From an uncultured Bacteroidales bacterium (GTDB lineage: Bacteria > Bacteroidota > Bacteroidia > Bacteroidales > UBA10428), in assembly GCA_963752195.1 (NCBI GenBank), contig CAVVXI010000001.1, positions 49,735-113,734 on the forward strand: a stretch of DNA of 64,000 nucleotides. Direction: 5' to 3'. The notes beneath the pieces were generated by a model. The model was not told where the DNA came from. It searched no databases and worked only from the letters and a program-made list of their open reading frames with translations. Shown one piece after another: positions 1 to 8,379 of this stretch. Both the position numbers and the translations under genes were made by a program. Each line of letters begins with the position of its first letter. The stretch's first letter is position 1.

Positions 1-1
1 T

Positions 2-454
2 TTTGTTTTAAGCCGTCAGCACGAAGGCGAGCAGGTGGCCAGCCTGAAAACAGAAATGCAGTCGATGAAAGAACTGATGATGCTGAACATGCTTAAGCAG
101 GAATCCCCAAGCCAGCGCATACAGGCAGTCAATTATACCGATGATATTCCTGCACCGGATATTAAAGTGCTCAATGCCCTCACTGAAACTTTGAACAACG
201 ACAAGAATATTAATGTGCGGATGGCGGCAGCATATTCACTGGCAAAGTATGCCGACCGGAAATCAGTGCGTGATTCCCTGGTGGCATCGCTTTCCAGGCA
301 GACCGAACCAATTATCCAGATTGTTCTTATGAACATCCTGGTTGAAAAGAAAGAAAGCAGCGCAATTAAGCCTATCCAAAAGATCATGTCCGATGAAAAG
401 GCCATGAAGGAGGTGAAAGACGTTGCGCAAAAAGGACTTAAAATATTGCTCTGA
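2..454 (+). CDS. HEAT-repeat protein, C-terminal part (5' end lies outside the window)
   Basis: The reading frame is open from base 2, with no stop before the listed GTG at 35, so the gene probably starts upstream of the window. The helical repeat signature NINVRMAAAYSLAKYADRKSVRDSLV is typical of HEAT/PBS-lyase-type repeats. Confidence 0.5.
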   Translation, partial: FVLSRQHEGEQVASLKTEMQSMKELMMLNMLKQESPSQRIQAVNYTDDIPAPDIKVLNALTETLNNDKNINVRMAAAYSLAKYADRKSVRDSLVASLSRQTEPIIQIVLMNILVEKKESSAIKPIQKIMSDEKAMKEVKDVAQKGLKILL

Positions 455-544
455 TCAAGCATGCAAAACAATTGAATTCAATATGCAGAAAAGGCGAATA
501 CCGGGTTTGCCTGTGTGTTTACTAAACTTATATTATTTAAAAAA

Positions 545-1327
545 ATGAAAACGAAAATAATTTTACCAGCATCCCTGTTGGCTCTCCTTGTGGCAGGCTC
601 CCTATCAGCCCAGGAATACAAAGTAAATGTTGAAAATGCAAAAAGCAGCAAGCTCAGCCTGAGATCCTTCTCAGGAGATCTCAAAATCGAGGCTTATTCA
701 GGGAATGAGATCGTATTTTCTCCTGTCGGCGGTGAGGAAACAACAGTCCCGGAACGTGCAAAAGGACTGAAACCTGTGTATGGCGGAGGTATTGACAATA
801 CAGGGGTTGGACTGTCTGTTGAGAAAATGGGAAACGAGATATCGGTCACCTGCCTGCTTCCCTTCACCAACAGCAGGGAATACACTGTAAAGGTACCTGA
901 AAACATGTCAATTGAGGTACAAAGCGAATGTCAGTACAACAATGACATTTATATAACCGGCATGAAAAATGAAATTGAAATCCAAAGCTGTCATTCCATT
1001 ATTCTGAAGGGTGTCACCGGCCCGCTTGTGCTTTCCACGATCAGTGGAGATATTGAAGTGACATTCAGCAACCTGGCAGCCGGTAAAACCTTTTCAATCA
1101 ACTCCATCAGTGGTGAAATAGACATTACGCTTCCTGCCAGCACGGCAGCTGATGTGAAAATGAGCGCCGTATCCGGCCGGATGTATTCCGATTTTGACTT
1201 TAGCAATAAGTCAAAAGACATGAACCAGATTGGCGGCAATGAGCTGAATACCAAATTAAATGGCGGTGGTGCGAAATTCAACATTGTGACAGTTAGCGGA
1301 AATATATACCTGAGAAAGGGAGCGTAA
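545..1327 (+). CDS. DUF4097-like putative adhesin / beta-helix repeat protein (secreted)
   Basis: The internal ATG at 545 gives a signal peptide MKTKIILPASLLALLVAGSLSAQ (the listed ORF starts at 515). Repeated strand motifs ISGDIEVT, ISGEIDITLP and VSGNIYLRK are characteristic of DUF4097-type proteins. Confidence 0.6.
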   Translation: MKTKIILPASLLALLVAGSLSAQEYKVNVENAKSSKLSLRSFSGDLKIEAYSGNEIVFSPVGGEETTVPERAKGLKPVYGGGIDNTGVGLSVEKMGNEISVTCLLPFTNSREYTVKVPENMSIEVQSECQYNNDIYITGMKNEIEIQSCHSIILKGVTGPLVLSTISGDIEVTFSNLAAGKTFSINSISGEIDITLPASTAADVKMSAVSGRMYSDFDFSNKSKDMNQIGGNELNTKLNGGGAKFNIVTVSGNIYLRKGA

Positions 1328-1340
1328 AAAAATAGCGCAT

Positions 1341-1455
1341 CGCAGGCAGAGCCTGCGCTGAACCTGAGCGTAGTCTGTCGCTGAGCTCAGGCTCCAGCCT
1401 GCGCTCAACTATCCCACGCTGAGCTCAGGCTCCAGCCTGAGCTCAACTATCCATC
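1341..1455. repeat. Palindromic intergenic repeats with AGGCTCCAGCCT core
   Basis: Hairpin cgcaggc-aga-gcctgcg lies at 1341-1357. Two 35-nt units gctgagctcaggctccagcctg(cg/a)gctcaactatcc follow at 1380-1414 and 1418-1452. The second contains the perfect palindrome gagctcaggct-cc-agcctgagctc. Confidence 0.8.
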
Positions 1456-1492
1456 AATCATTTCGATACAAATAATTTATATCTTTAAGTAT

Positions 1493-2128
1493 ATGAAAAG
1501 CACAATCCTGTTCATAATAAGCTGGGTATTCGTGTCCCATGCCATGTCCCAGAAAACAATCGAGAAGCACATTAATTTTTCCGGAAAGGAAAAACTGGTC
1601 CTCAATATTCAGATCGCCGATTCCATACGGGTCCATACATGGAATAAGCCTGAAGTATATGCAAAAGCATTGATAAACATAAACGACAATGCAGATAACG
1701 AAGCCTATATTGTCAAATTTGATGATTCCGGGACGGATGTCAATATAAAGGCCAAGTTCGAGGAGGATTATCTCAAAAACAAGAAAAATTGCTGCTTGCA
1801 CTCTGAAATTACCTGGGAATTATTCATTCCTGAAAAAACAGTCTTTTCCATTGAGACGATAAACGGGGATATCATGATTGACGGAGTCACCACTGAGATC
1901 AAGGCAAAAACGATCAGCGGTTTTATCGACCTGGCCCTGGCGAATAACCGGCAGGCAGACCTGGAAATGAAAACCATTAGCGGCACTTTATATACAGACC
2001 TTGATATCAATGCTTCACGTTCGGAAAATTCGTTTCCTGTTGTGGTAAAGCATAAAATCAACAACGGGGGTGTTCCGGTTAACCTGGAAACCATCAGCGG
2101 CGATATATTTGTACGTAAATCAAAATAA
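1493..2128 (+). CDS. DUF4097-like beta-helix repeat protein (secreted), paralogous architecture to 545-1327
   Basis: Has an N-terminal signal peptide. Repeated motifs are INGDIMIDG, ISGFIDLAL, ISGTLYTDL and ISGDIFVRK. Confidence 0.6.
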   Translation: MKSTILFIISWVFVSHAMSQKTIEKHINFSGKEKLVLNIQIADSIRVHTWNKPEVYAKALININDNADNEAYIVKFDDSGTDVNIKAKFEEDYLKNKKNCCLHSEITWELFIPEKTVFSIETINGDIMIDGVTTEIKAKTISGFIDLALANNRQADLEMKTISGTLYTDLDINASRSENSFPVVVKHKINNGGVPVNLETISGDIFVRKSK

Positions 2129-2143
2129 ATACAAGCACTTATC

Positions 2144-4513
2144 ATGTTCAGAAATTACCTGGTTATCGCGTTCCGGAATATCGTACGGCATTTGTCCGTA
2201 TCCTCCATGAACCTGGCGGGGCTGTCGCTTGGACTGGCCTGTACAATGATGATCTTTCTGTGGGTGACGGATGAAATTGATTTCGACAAGTTTCACAAAA
2301 AAGCCGACCGCCTTTATCGGGTTGAAGAAGACCAGTATTACAGCAACGGGGCTTACCATGTTCAGGTAACCCCCTGGCCTTCGGGACCCGTTTGGCGCGA
2401 CCAGATTCCGGAGATCAGAGAGGCTTGCCGGATCACTTCACCGGGTAGTTTCTTGTTTACACGCAACGAAAAATCCTTCTACGAGGGAAAAGTATACGCA
2501 GTGGATACCACGTTTTTCGGGATGTTTTCCTTTGACCTGATTACCGGAGATCCTGAAAAAGTACTCACAGAACCCGGATCCATTGTCATAAGCGATGAGA
2601 TGGCCTCGAAGTATTTCGGAACGGAGAATCCAATTGGCAAAACATTGATGGCCAATGCAAAAGAAGTCTTCCAGGTAACGGGTGTAATGAAGAAAATGCC
2701 TTACAACAGTTCTATAAGTGTTGATTTTCTCATCCCGTTCGATTATATGAAAAAATCACAATGGTATTCGGATAACTGGGGAAATAATTCGATAACCACT
2801 TATGTGGAATTAAAGCCGAATGTTGAGATTGGAAATGTGAACTCCAAATTGACGAAAATAGTCCGGCAGCACAATCCGCAAAGTACCACCGATTTTGTTT
2901 TGGAACCTCTGACACGCGTGCATTTATACAGTCGATGGGGCTTTGGCAATAAACCCGGCGCAATTCTCAATGTATGGATATTCTCCTCCATTGCCCTGCT
3001 GGTACTTATCATTGCCTGCATCAACTTCATGAACCTGAGTACCGCCAGGTCTGTTTCGAGAGCCAAGGAAATCGGTTTGCGAAAAGTGAACGGGGCACAC
3101 AGAAACAATGTACTTTTCCAGTTTTTCGGCGAATCGCTGCTGATGGCATTTCTCTCAATGATTATTGCATTTGGGCTTGTTGCCCTACTTATTGAGCCCT
3201 TCAACCTGATATCGGGCAAGGCATTTCACCTGGGAAACCTGCTCACGTTACGATTTCTGTGTGGTATGCTGGGAATTACTTTTTTCACCGGTATTATGGC
3301 GGGCACATACCCTGCCCTGGTTCTTTCAGGGTTCAAACCCATCAATACGCTTAAGGGAACATTCAGCACAGGATCTACAGGAAGTACCTTCCGCAGGGTT
3401 TCCGTGACAATTCAATTTGCGCTGAGCATCATCCTGATCACCGGAACCATAGTCATTTACAGGCAATTGCAGCTCATGCAAAGCCAGAAACTCGGATATG
3501 ACAAGGAAAACCTGATTTACCTCCAGCTGAGAGGCGATCTGAAAAATTCATACCCGATGATCAAAGAGGAACTGCTGCGTGAACCTTCGGTAAAATACAT
3601 AACCGCCAGTTCCGACCAGCCGCAGCAAATCGGAAGCAATTCCGACAATGCATCCTGGGAAGGAAAGCCAGCAGATGCCGATATCCTTGTCAGCATGAGT
3701 GGTGTAGATTTCGATTACGTGGAGACCATGGGAATCGAAATGAAAGCCGGCCGTTCTTTTTCAAAAAATTACCCTTCTGATACGCAACACGATACACTTG
3801 CCAATTTTCTCATCAATGAACAGATGGAAAAAGTTATGGGCATGGAAAATGCGGTCGGAGCCCGGCTGAAATTCGGCTCCACCGGAAATGTTGTGGGCGT
3901 CATGAGGGACTTTAATTTCCAGTCATTGCACAATAAAATTGAACCGCTGGCTATATCCATGTGGGGACCGCAATTTTGGAATTTCATGTACATCAGGATC
4001 AATCCGGGCAATCTGCCCGGAACCATGAAAAATTTGGAAAAGGCCTGGAAACAGATTATGCCTATGTTTCCGTTCGACTATCACTTTGTCGATCAAGATT
4101 TTGACAACATATACAGAACAGAACAAAGGATGAAAACGCTCATGAATTACTTTGCCGTTCTTGCCATTCTTATTGCGTCCATCGGCCTGTTCGGCATGGC
4201 CACGTTTACTGTGGAACAAAAAACCCGCGAAGTAGGCATCCGTAAGGCGCTGGGTGCACCTCCGGCAACCATATTCAATCTTTTCACCCGGCAGTTCCTG
4301 GTACTCCTTGCAATAGCCACGGCTGTCTCTATGCCGGTTGCCTGGTACCTGCTATCCCGTTTCCTGAAAAACTACAGTTACCATACAGATCTGGATGCGT
4401 GGATTTTTGGACTGGCAGCCTTAATCACGCTGGTGGTAGCCTTTGTTTCCATCTCCTACCAGACCATCCGGGCTATGAATACCAACCCGGCGGAGACTCT
4501 TAAGCATGAATGA
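2144..4513 (+). CDS. ABC transporter permease, FtsX/MacB-like (duplicated FtsX module)
   Basis: 789 aa. An N-terminal TM is followed by a large extracytoplasmic domain and a 4-TM FtsX module, and this unit occurs twice. Linker motifs are STARSVSRAKEIGLRKVNGA and TVEQKTREVGIRKALGA. The size and architecture are typical of Bacteroidota MacB-like permeases. Confidence 0.85.
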   Translation: MFRNYLVIAFRNIVRHLSVSSMNLAGLSLGLACTMMIFLWVTDEIDFDKFHKKADRLYRVEEDQYYSNGAYHVQVTPWPSGPVWRDQIPEIREACRITSPGSFLFTRNEKSFYEGKVYAVDTTFFGMFSFDLITGDPEKVLTEPGSIVISDEMASKYFGTENPIGKTLMANAKEVFQVTGVMKKMPYNSSISVDFLIPFDYMKKSQWYSDNWGNNSITTYVELKPNVEIGNVNSKLTKIVRQHNPQSTTDFVLEPLTRVHLYSRWGFGNKPGAILNVWIFSSIALLVLIIACINFMNLSTARSVSRAKEIGLRKVNGAHRNNVLFQFFGESLLMAFLSMIIAFGLVALLIEPFNLISGKAFHLGNLLTLRFLCGMLGITFFTGIMAGTYPALVLSGFKPINTLKGTFSTGSTGSTFRRVSVTIQFALSIILITGTIVIYRQLQLMQSQKLGYDKENLIYLQLRGDLKNSYPMIKEELLREPSVKYITASSDQPQQIGSNSDNASWEGKPADADILVSMSGVDFDYVETMGIEMKAGRSFSKNYPSDTQHDTLANFLINEQMEKVMGMENAVGARLKFGSTGNVVGVMRDFNFQSLHNKIEPLAISMWGPQFWNFMYIRINPGNLPGTMKNLEKAWKQIMPMFPFDYHFVDQDFDNIYRTEQRMKTLMNYFAVLAILIASIGLFGMATFTVEQKTREVGIRKALGAPPATIFNLFTRQFLVLLAIATAVSMPVAWYLLSRFLKNYSYHTDLDAWIFGLAALITLVVAFVSISYQTIRAMNTNPAETLKHE

Positions 4514-4536
4514 ATCCCGTAGCGATTTACTGTTGA

Positions 4537-4943
4537 TAGAAAAGGAGGACTCCCTCAGACCACGTACAAATCCCTTAGGGATTGCCTCCCGGTAGAAAAG
4601 GAGAATTCCCTCAGACCGACGTACAAATCCCTTTAGGGATTGCCTCCCGGTAGAAAAGGAGAATTCCCTCAGACCACGTACAAATCCCTTTAGGGATTGC
4701 CTCCCGGTAGAAAAGGAGAATTCCCTCAGACCACGTACAAATCCCTTTAGGGATTGCCTCCCGGTAGAAAAGGAGAATTCCCTCAGACCACGTACAAATC
4801 CCTTTAGGGATTGCGTCCCGGTAGAAAAGGAGAATTCCCTCGGACCACGTACAAATCCCTTTAGGGATTGCGTCCCGGTAGAAAAGGAGAATTCCCTCAG
4901 ACCACGTACAAATCCCTTTAGGGATTGCCTCCCGGTAGAAAGG
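4537..4943. repeat. Tandem array, about 7 copies of a 57-bp unit, each carrying an internal hairpin
   Basis: Unit starts are at 4537, 4593, 4651, 4708, 4765, 4822 and 4879, with a partial unit at 4936. Unit lengths are 56, 58 and then 57 x5. The unit is tagaaaaggagaattccctcagaccacgtacaaatccctttagggattgcctcccgg. It contains the inverted repeat aatccc-ttta-gggatt and a central gaattc. Units abut directly with no spacers. Confidence 0.95.
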
Positions 4944-5082
4944 TAAATCTTACATCCACCCCGCTACCACTTCACAGAGCCACTTCTCCTTATATCCCAT
5001 AATGATTTTCCGTTTATGACTAAAAAAACGTAAATTAGCTTCTGCTATCCCTGCGACAGCTTAATTCATTAAATCCTTCTTT

Positions 5083-5931
5083 ATGCGAACTGCAACCCTG
5101 CTCCTCCTGATCACTACCCTGTTTACGGTATCCGGATGCAAGAACAGTAAATCCGGTAACGAAAAATGGCAACAACTTTTTAATGGCCAAGATCTTACAG
5201 GATGGGAAACCTATCTTGGACCAAAATACGACACACTTTCGGATAAATGGGACACAGTTCCTGTCGGTCTTAACCTGGATCCCCTGGATGTGTTCAGCGT
5301 GGCAGAAGTGGATGGCGGCAAGGTTATCCGGATATCCGGGGAACAATTCGGCGGAATAAATACACTTCAGGAATTTGAAAATTATCATTTGCAGTTCGAG
5401 TTTAAATGGGGAAACCTGCAGTGGCCGCCCAGGAAGGCAGACAAAAGGGACGGCGGGCTGATGTATCATGCTGTTGGACCCCAGGGCGCCGATGGCGGAT
5501 TCTGGATGCGTTCGCACGAATACCAGATTGAGGAAGGCGATTGCGGAGATTACTGGGCCTGTGCCGGTGCTGTTTTTGATGTGAATTCGAAGATGCAAAA
5601 GGACAGTTCATTTGTCTACAGCAAGGATGGGGAATCCCATACCTTCAGTACCGCTAGTCCTTTGGGCAGAAATTGTATTAAATATCCGGATGCCGAGAAA
5701 CCAACCGGGGAATGGAATACAATCGATTTATATTGTGTTGGGAGTACCAGCGTTCATATGATCAATGGGGTGGTCAACATGATTCTTCGTAATTCGCGAC
5801 AGCTTGAGGGAGGAAAAGAAGTTCCCCTGACAAAGGGAAAGATCCAGTTTGAGTCAGAAGGAGCTGAAATGTTTATCCGCAACCTTCAAATCTCATCCAT
5901 CGATAAAATCCCTGAGAAATTATTGCAGTAG
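5083..5931 (+). CDS. DUF1080 (3-keto-disaccharide hydrolase-like, concanavalin-fold) lipoprotein
   Basis: Lipoprotein signal LLITTLFTVSGC. The N-terminal motif WQQLFNGQDLTGWE and C-terminal KGKIQFESEGAEMFIRNLQI are typical of DUF1080 family proteins. Confidence 0.8.
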   Translation: MRTATLLLLITTLFTVSGCKNSKSGNEKWQQLFNGQDLTGWETYLGPKYDTLSDKWDTVPVGLNLDPLDVFSVAEVDGGKVIRISGEQFGGINTLQEFENYHLQFEFKWGNLQWPPRKADKRDGGLMYHAVGPQGADGGFWMRSHEYQIEEGDCGDYWACAGAVFDVNSKMQKDSSFVYSKDGESHTFSTASPLGRNCIKYPDAEKPTGEWNTIDLYCVGSTSVHMINGVVNMILRNSRQLEGGKEVPLTKGKIQFESEGAEMFIRNLQISSIDKIPEKLLQ

Positions 5932-5934
5932 GGC

Positions 5935-5969
5935 AAATCCCCCGCTGGCGGGGGCAGGGGGTGGATTTT
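5935..5969 (+). terminator. Candidate hairpin terminator downstream of the DUF1080 gene
   Basis: The GC-rich hairpin cccccg-ctgg-cggggg (5939-5954) is nested in aaatcc...ggattt, followed by tttt. The T-run is not immediately adjacent to the inner stem. Confidence 0.3.
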
Positions 5970-6012
5970 AGGCAATCTTTTTCTGTAAACTTATTTCAGA
6001 ACAAGTCACCTC

Positions 6013-6489
6013 TCACTTTCTCTTAAACAGGCTCAACCCCGCCAATTCCGCTATCCTTTCCGCGGCCAAATCTCCGTCCTTTGTAAACGGCCACACAAAC
6101 AAAGCTTTCAGCGGGTGATCCTTACGTATGTTGTTAATTGCTTCCAGGGCCAGCCGCTTCGTTATCCCCTTTCTCCTGTATTCTTCCAGGACGAGTGCTG
6201 AACAGAGGTATAATGCCTCGTATGCTATATTCAGGGGGGTGAGTTTGAAAAGTTCCTTTTCAGAAATTTCGCCCTTGAGAAAGCGATTCATCAGTTCCAG
6301 GGTTGTAGGGATCACCAACATCCAAGCCACCGGGCCGTTACCCTGGATCTCTTCTGAAACAGTTGAAGAGTGCATCTTTTCCAATCGTTGAAGCACCTTT
6401 TGATTGACATTGAGCTGATCCGGGTCATGCTTGATGTCAAATACGTCATCCGCCAGCTGGATAAGCCTGTCCAAATTGCTTTTAACCAT
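6013..6489 (-). CDS. GNAT-like N-acetyltransferase (tentative)
   Basis: The C-terminal segment LCSALVLEEYRRKGITKRLALEAI resembles the GNAT acetyl-CoA binding motif (R/Q-x-x-G-x-G/A). I prefer the start at MVKSNLDRL (6489) over the longest ORF start at 6525. Confidence 0.4.
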   Translation of the reverse strand: MVKSNLDRLIQLADDVFDIKHDPDQLNVNQKVLQRLEKMHSSTVSEEIQGNGPVAWMLVIPTTLELMNRFLKGEISEKELFKLTPLNIAYEALYLCSALVLEEYRRKGITKRLALEAINNIRKDHPLKALFVWPFTKDGDLAAERIAELAGLSLFKRK

Positions 6490-6580
6490 AAGGCAAAGAT
6501 AATACCGACAGGAATGAATGTGCAAGGAATATTCAGATACGATAATGCCAATCCCGTAAATCCATTACAAGCGCGTAATT

Positions 6581-6703
6581 GCACGACCGCACGACCGCAC
6601 AACTGCATAACTGCAAACTGCAAGACTGCAGACTGCATACTGCAAAACTGCAAAACTGCAAAACTGCAAAACTGCAAAACTGCAAAACTGCAAAACTGCA
6701 TAA
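6581..6703. repeat. Octanucleotide microsatellite (ctgcaaaa) with degenerate flanking copies
   Basis: Seven perfect ctgcaaaa units lie at 6640-6695. They are flanked by variants (gcacgacc x2, ctgcataa, ctgcaaa, ctgcaaga, ctgcaga, ctgcata; terminal ctgcataa at 6696-6703). The array abuts the stop codon of the gene at 6704-7294. Confidence 0.95.
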
Positions 6704-7294
6704 CTAATAATTACGCACCCCCACATCAAATCTTCCGTGCGTTACACTCACAGGATTTCCATTCATCATCCCTTCAAATTCAAAAGTGCCGGAAAGGATT
6801 GTTTCTTCGGGAGTTTCATCCACAATCAGGTTCTGCACCCTGGTAAAGTGCAGTTCCCCGTTATTCACAGAAACAGGGTAATTGGCTGATTCAAACTGAA
6901 CATAAACCTGGACAGAAGAGGTTACCAAATCAATCAAGGTGTTATTCAAAGCAAGCAAATATTGTCCATCGTGAGGCACGTTACGTGGTATGCTAAAACT
7001 CAGAACCATATTAGTTGTATCCTTTTCTAAGCTAATTTTTTCCCCATGGAAAGAAAGGATCATATTTGAATTTTCGAACGATATGCTGGCAGGATCCCAA
7101 AAATAGTCACCGGAAATAAAAACCTCATCATTTATATAGGCGCCAAAAGTATTGTAACCCCATTCCGAATACTGCGGCAGATCGCGGAAGATTTTGTCAC
7201 GGATAAAAATTGTCCTGTGGAGGTCGCTGTCGTCTTCGCAGCTTCCAATGAGAATACAAGCCAACAGAAACCCTGTTAAATTGCCTATTTTCAT
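6704..7294 (-). CDS. Hypothetical lipoprotein
   Basis: Lipobox LLACILIGSC. There is a 4-nt start/stop overlap with the upstream beta-barrel gene. I recognised no family. Confidence 0.55.
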   Translation of the reverse strand: MKIGNLTGFLLACILIGSCEDDSDLHRTIFIRDKIFRDLPQYSEWGYNTFGAYINDEVFISGDYFWDPASISFENSNMILSFHGEKISLEKDTTNMVLSFSIPRNVPHDGQYLLALNNTLIDLVTSSVQVYVQFESANYPVSVNNGELHFTRVQNLIVDETPEETILSGTFEFEGMMNGNPVSVTHGRFDVGVRNY

Positions 7295-8079
7295 TGGTTT
7301 TTTACTTTAAGAGGCACATAATAACAAAATTGAATACCGGCTCCAAACCCATTTGTCAGCAATCCGGCCGAGACCGGGTTCATATTTAGGAAAGGAATGA
7401 GCAATTCAACGCTGAATGTAGGCTTTCCGGGAATGCCAGCCCGGATACCCACGCAATTATAGATCGACAGGCCGATGACAGAGGGTCTTGAAACTTCCTG
7501 GGCCACCTCGTATTCCAGACCTTCTGAACTCTCCGATCTAAAATTGATATTTGTATGAGTACCCAGGCGAAAATTAATTTCAGCGCCCATTTTCATGTAA
7601 AATTTCGTGTAGTGTTGGTTTACAAGTGGCGAAAAGCTAAATTCAATGGGAATTCCAAGATATCCCGAAGTTTGTACAATACTTTTTAACCGGGCATAAT
7701 AAGTATTCTGGTCATCCTGCCGGTACAAATAATAAAAGTAATTAGCTCCTTCCGTGATAAGGTCCCATTTGCCATAGCTCTGAACGTACTCAGAGTACCG
7801 TAGTCCGGTGCCAAGACTGATTCTTCCGTTCAGCCGGAAGGTCTCAAATTTAACACTGGTAATGCCTCTGAAGGAAACGCATGCCAGTCCTTTTTTGGAA
7901 TTCTCTGCATAAAAGGAAGCCACACCACCGCGGATTTGATCTATATCGGTAGGTTTGCCGTTAAAAAAGCTGAAACCCCAGTCAACTGCAATATAATTGT
8001 TATGCGTATCCTGGGCAACAGTGGAAAAGAAGACAGAACTAACAAAGCATGAAAGAACGATCCATTTTAAATGCATCAT
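7291..8079 (-). CDS. Hypothetical outer-membrane beta-barrel protein
   Basis: Signal peptide LSCFVSSVFFSTVAQ. The sequence has an alternating aromatic/glycine-rich strand pattern throughout. It is translationally coupled to the lipoprotein gene downstream. Confidence 0.5.
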   Translation of the reverse strand: MMHLKWIVLSCFVSSVFFSTVAQDTHNNYIAVDWGFSFFNGKPTDIDQIRGGVASFYAENSKKGLACVSFRGITSVKFETFRLNGRISLGTGLRYSEYVQSYGKWDLITEGANYFYYLYRQDDQNTYYARLKSIVQTSGYLGIPIEFSFSPLVNQHYTKFYMKMGAEINFRLGTHTNINFRSESSEGLEYEVAQEVSRPSVIGLSIYNCVGIRAGIPGKPTFSVELLIPFLNMNPVSAGLLTNGFGAGIQFCYYVPLKVKNQ

Positions 8080-8167
8080 TTTGAAAGTTATGCTGTTCAG
8101 ATGCTAAATATACAAAAATCGTTGCGTCCTCCCCTATTTTTTCTAATTAAATATGTTCAAGTGGTAA

Positions 8168-8352
8168 ACGTTCGGCATAGGCCCATGTTCGGCATAGGCT
8201 CCGCCTATGCCGCATATATCCTCTGCCCACGTTCGGCATAGGCTCCAGCCTTTCCATGTTCGGCATAGGCTCCGCCTATGCCGCATTTATCCTCTGCCCA
8301 CGTTCGGCATAGGCTCCAGCCTATGCCGCATATATCCTCTGCCGCATATATC
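8168..8352. repeat. Palindromic repeat cluster (71-bp unit x2 plus partial copies) with AGGCTCC(A)GCCT core
   Basis: gttcggcatagg occurs at 8170, 8187, 8231, 8258 and 8302. The hairpins are ggcataggc-tcc-gcctatgcc and ggcataggct-cc-agcctatgcc. The 71-bp units are 8187-8257 and 8258-8328. Confidence 0.85.
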
Positions 8353-8379
8353 CCCCCAGGCTCCTCCTTATCCCAATCC

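Noticed and set aside
4537-4943. Possible CRISPR array
   Set aside because: The 57-bp units abut each other with no unique spacers. No cas genes are present in the window. It is a simple tandem repeat.
6312-6846. Listed ORFs 6312-6701 (minus) and 6370-6846 (plus) running through the octanucleotide repeat
   Set aside because: Their sequences are dominated by translated repeat (FCSFAVLQ..., NCKTAKLQ...). They overlap the better-supported GNAT-like and lipoprotein genes, so they are artefacts of the low-complexity repeat.
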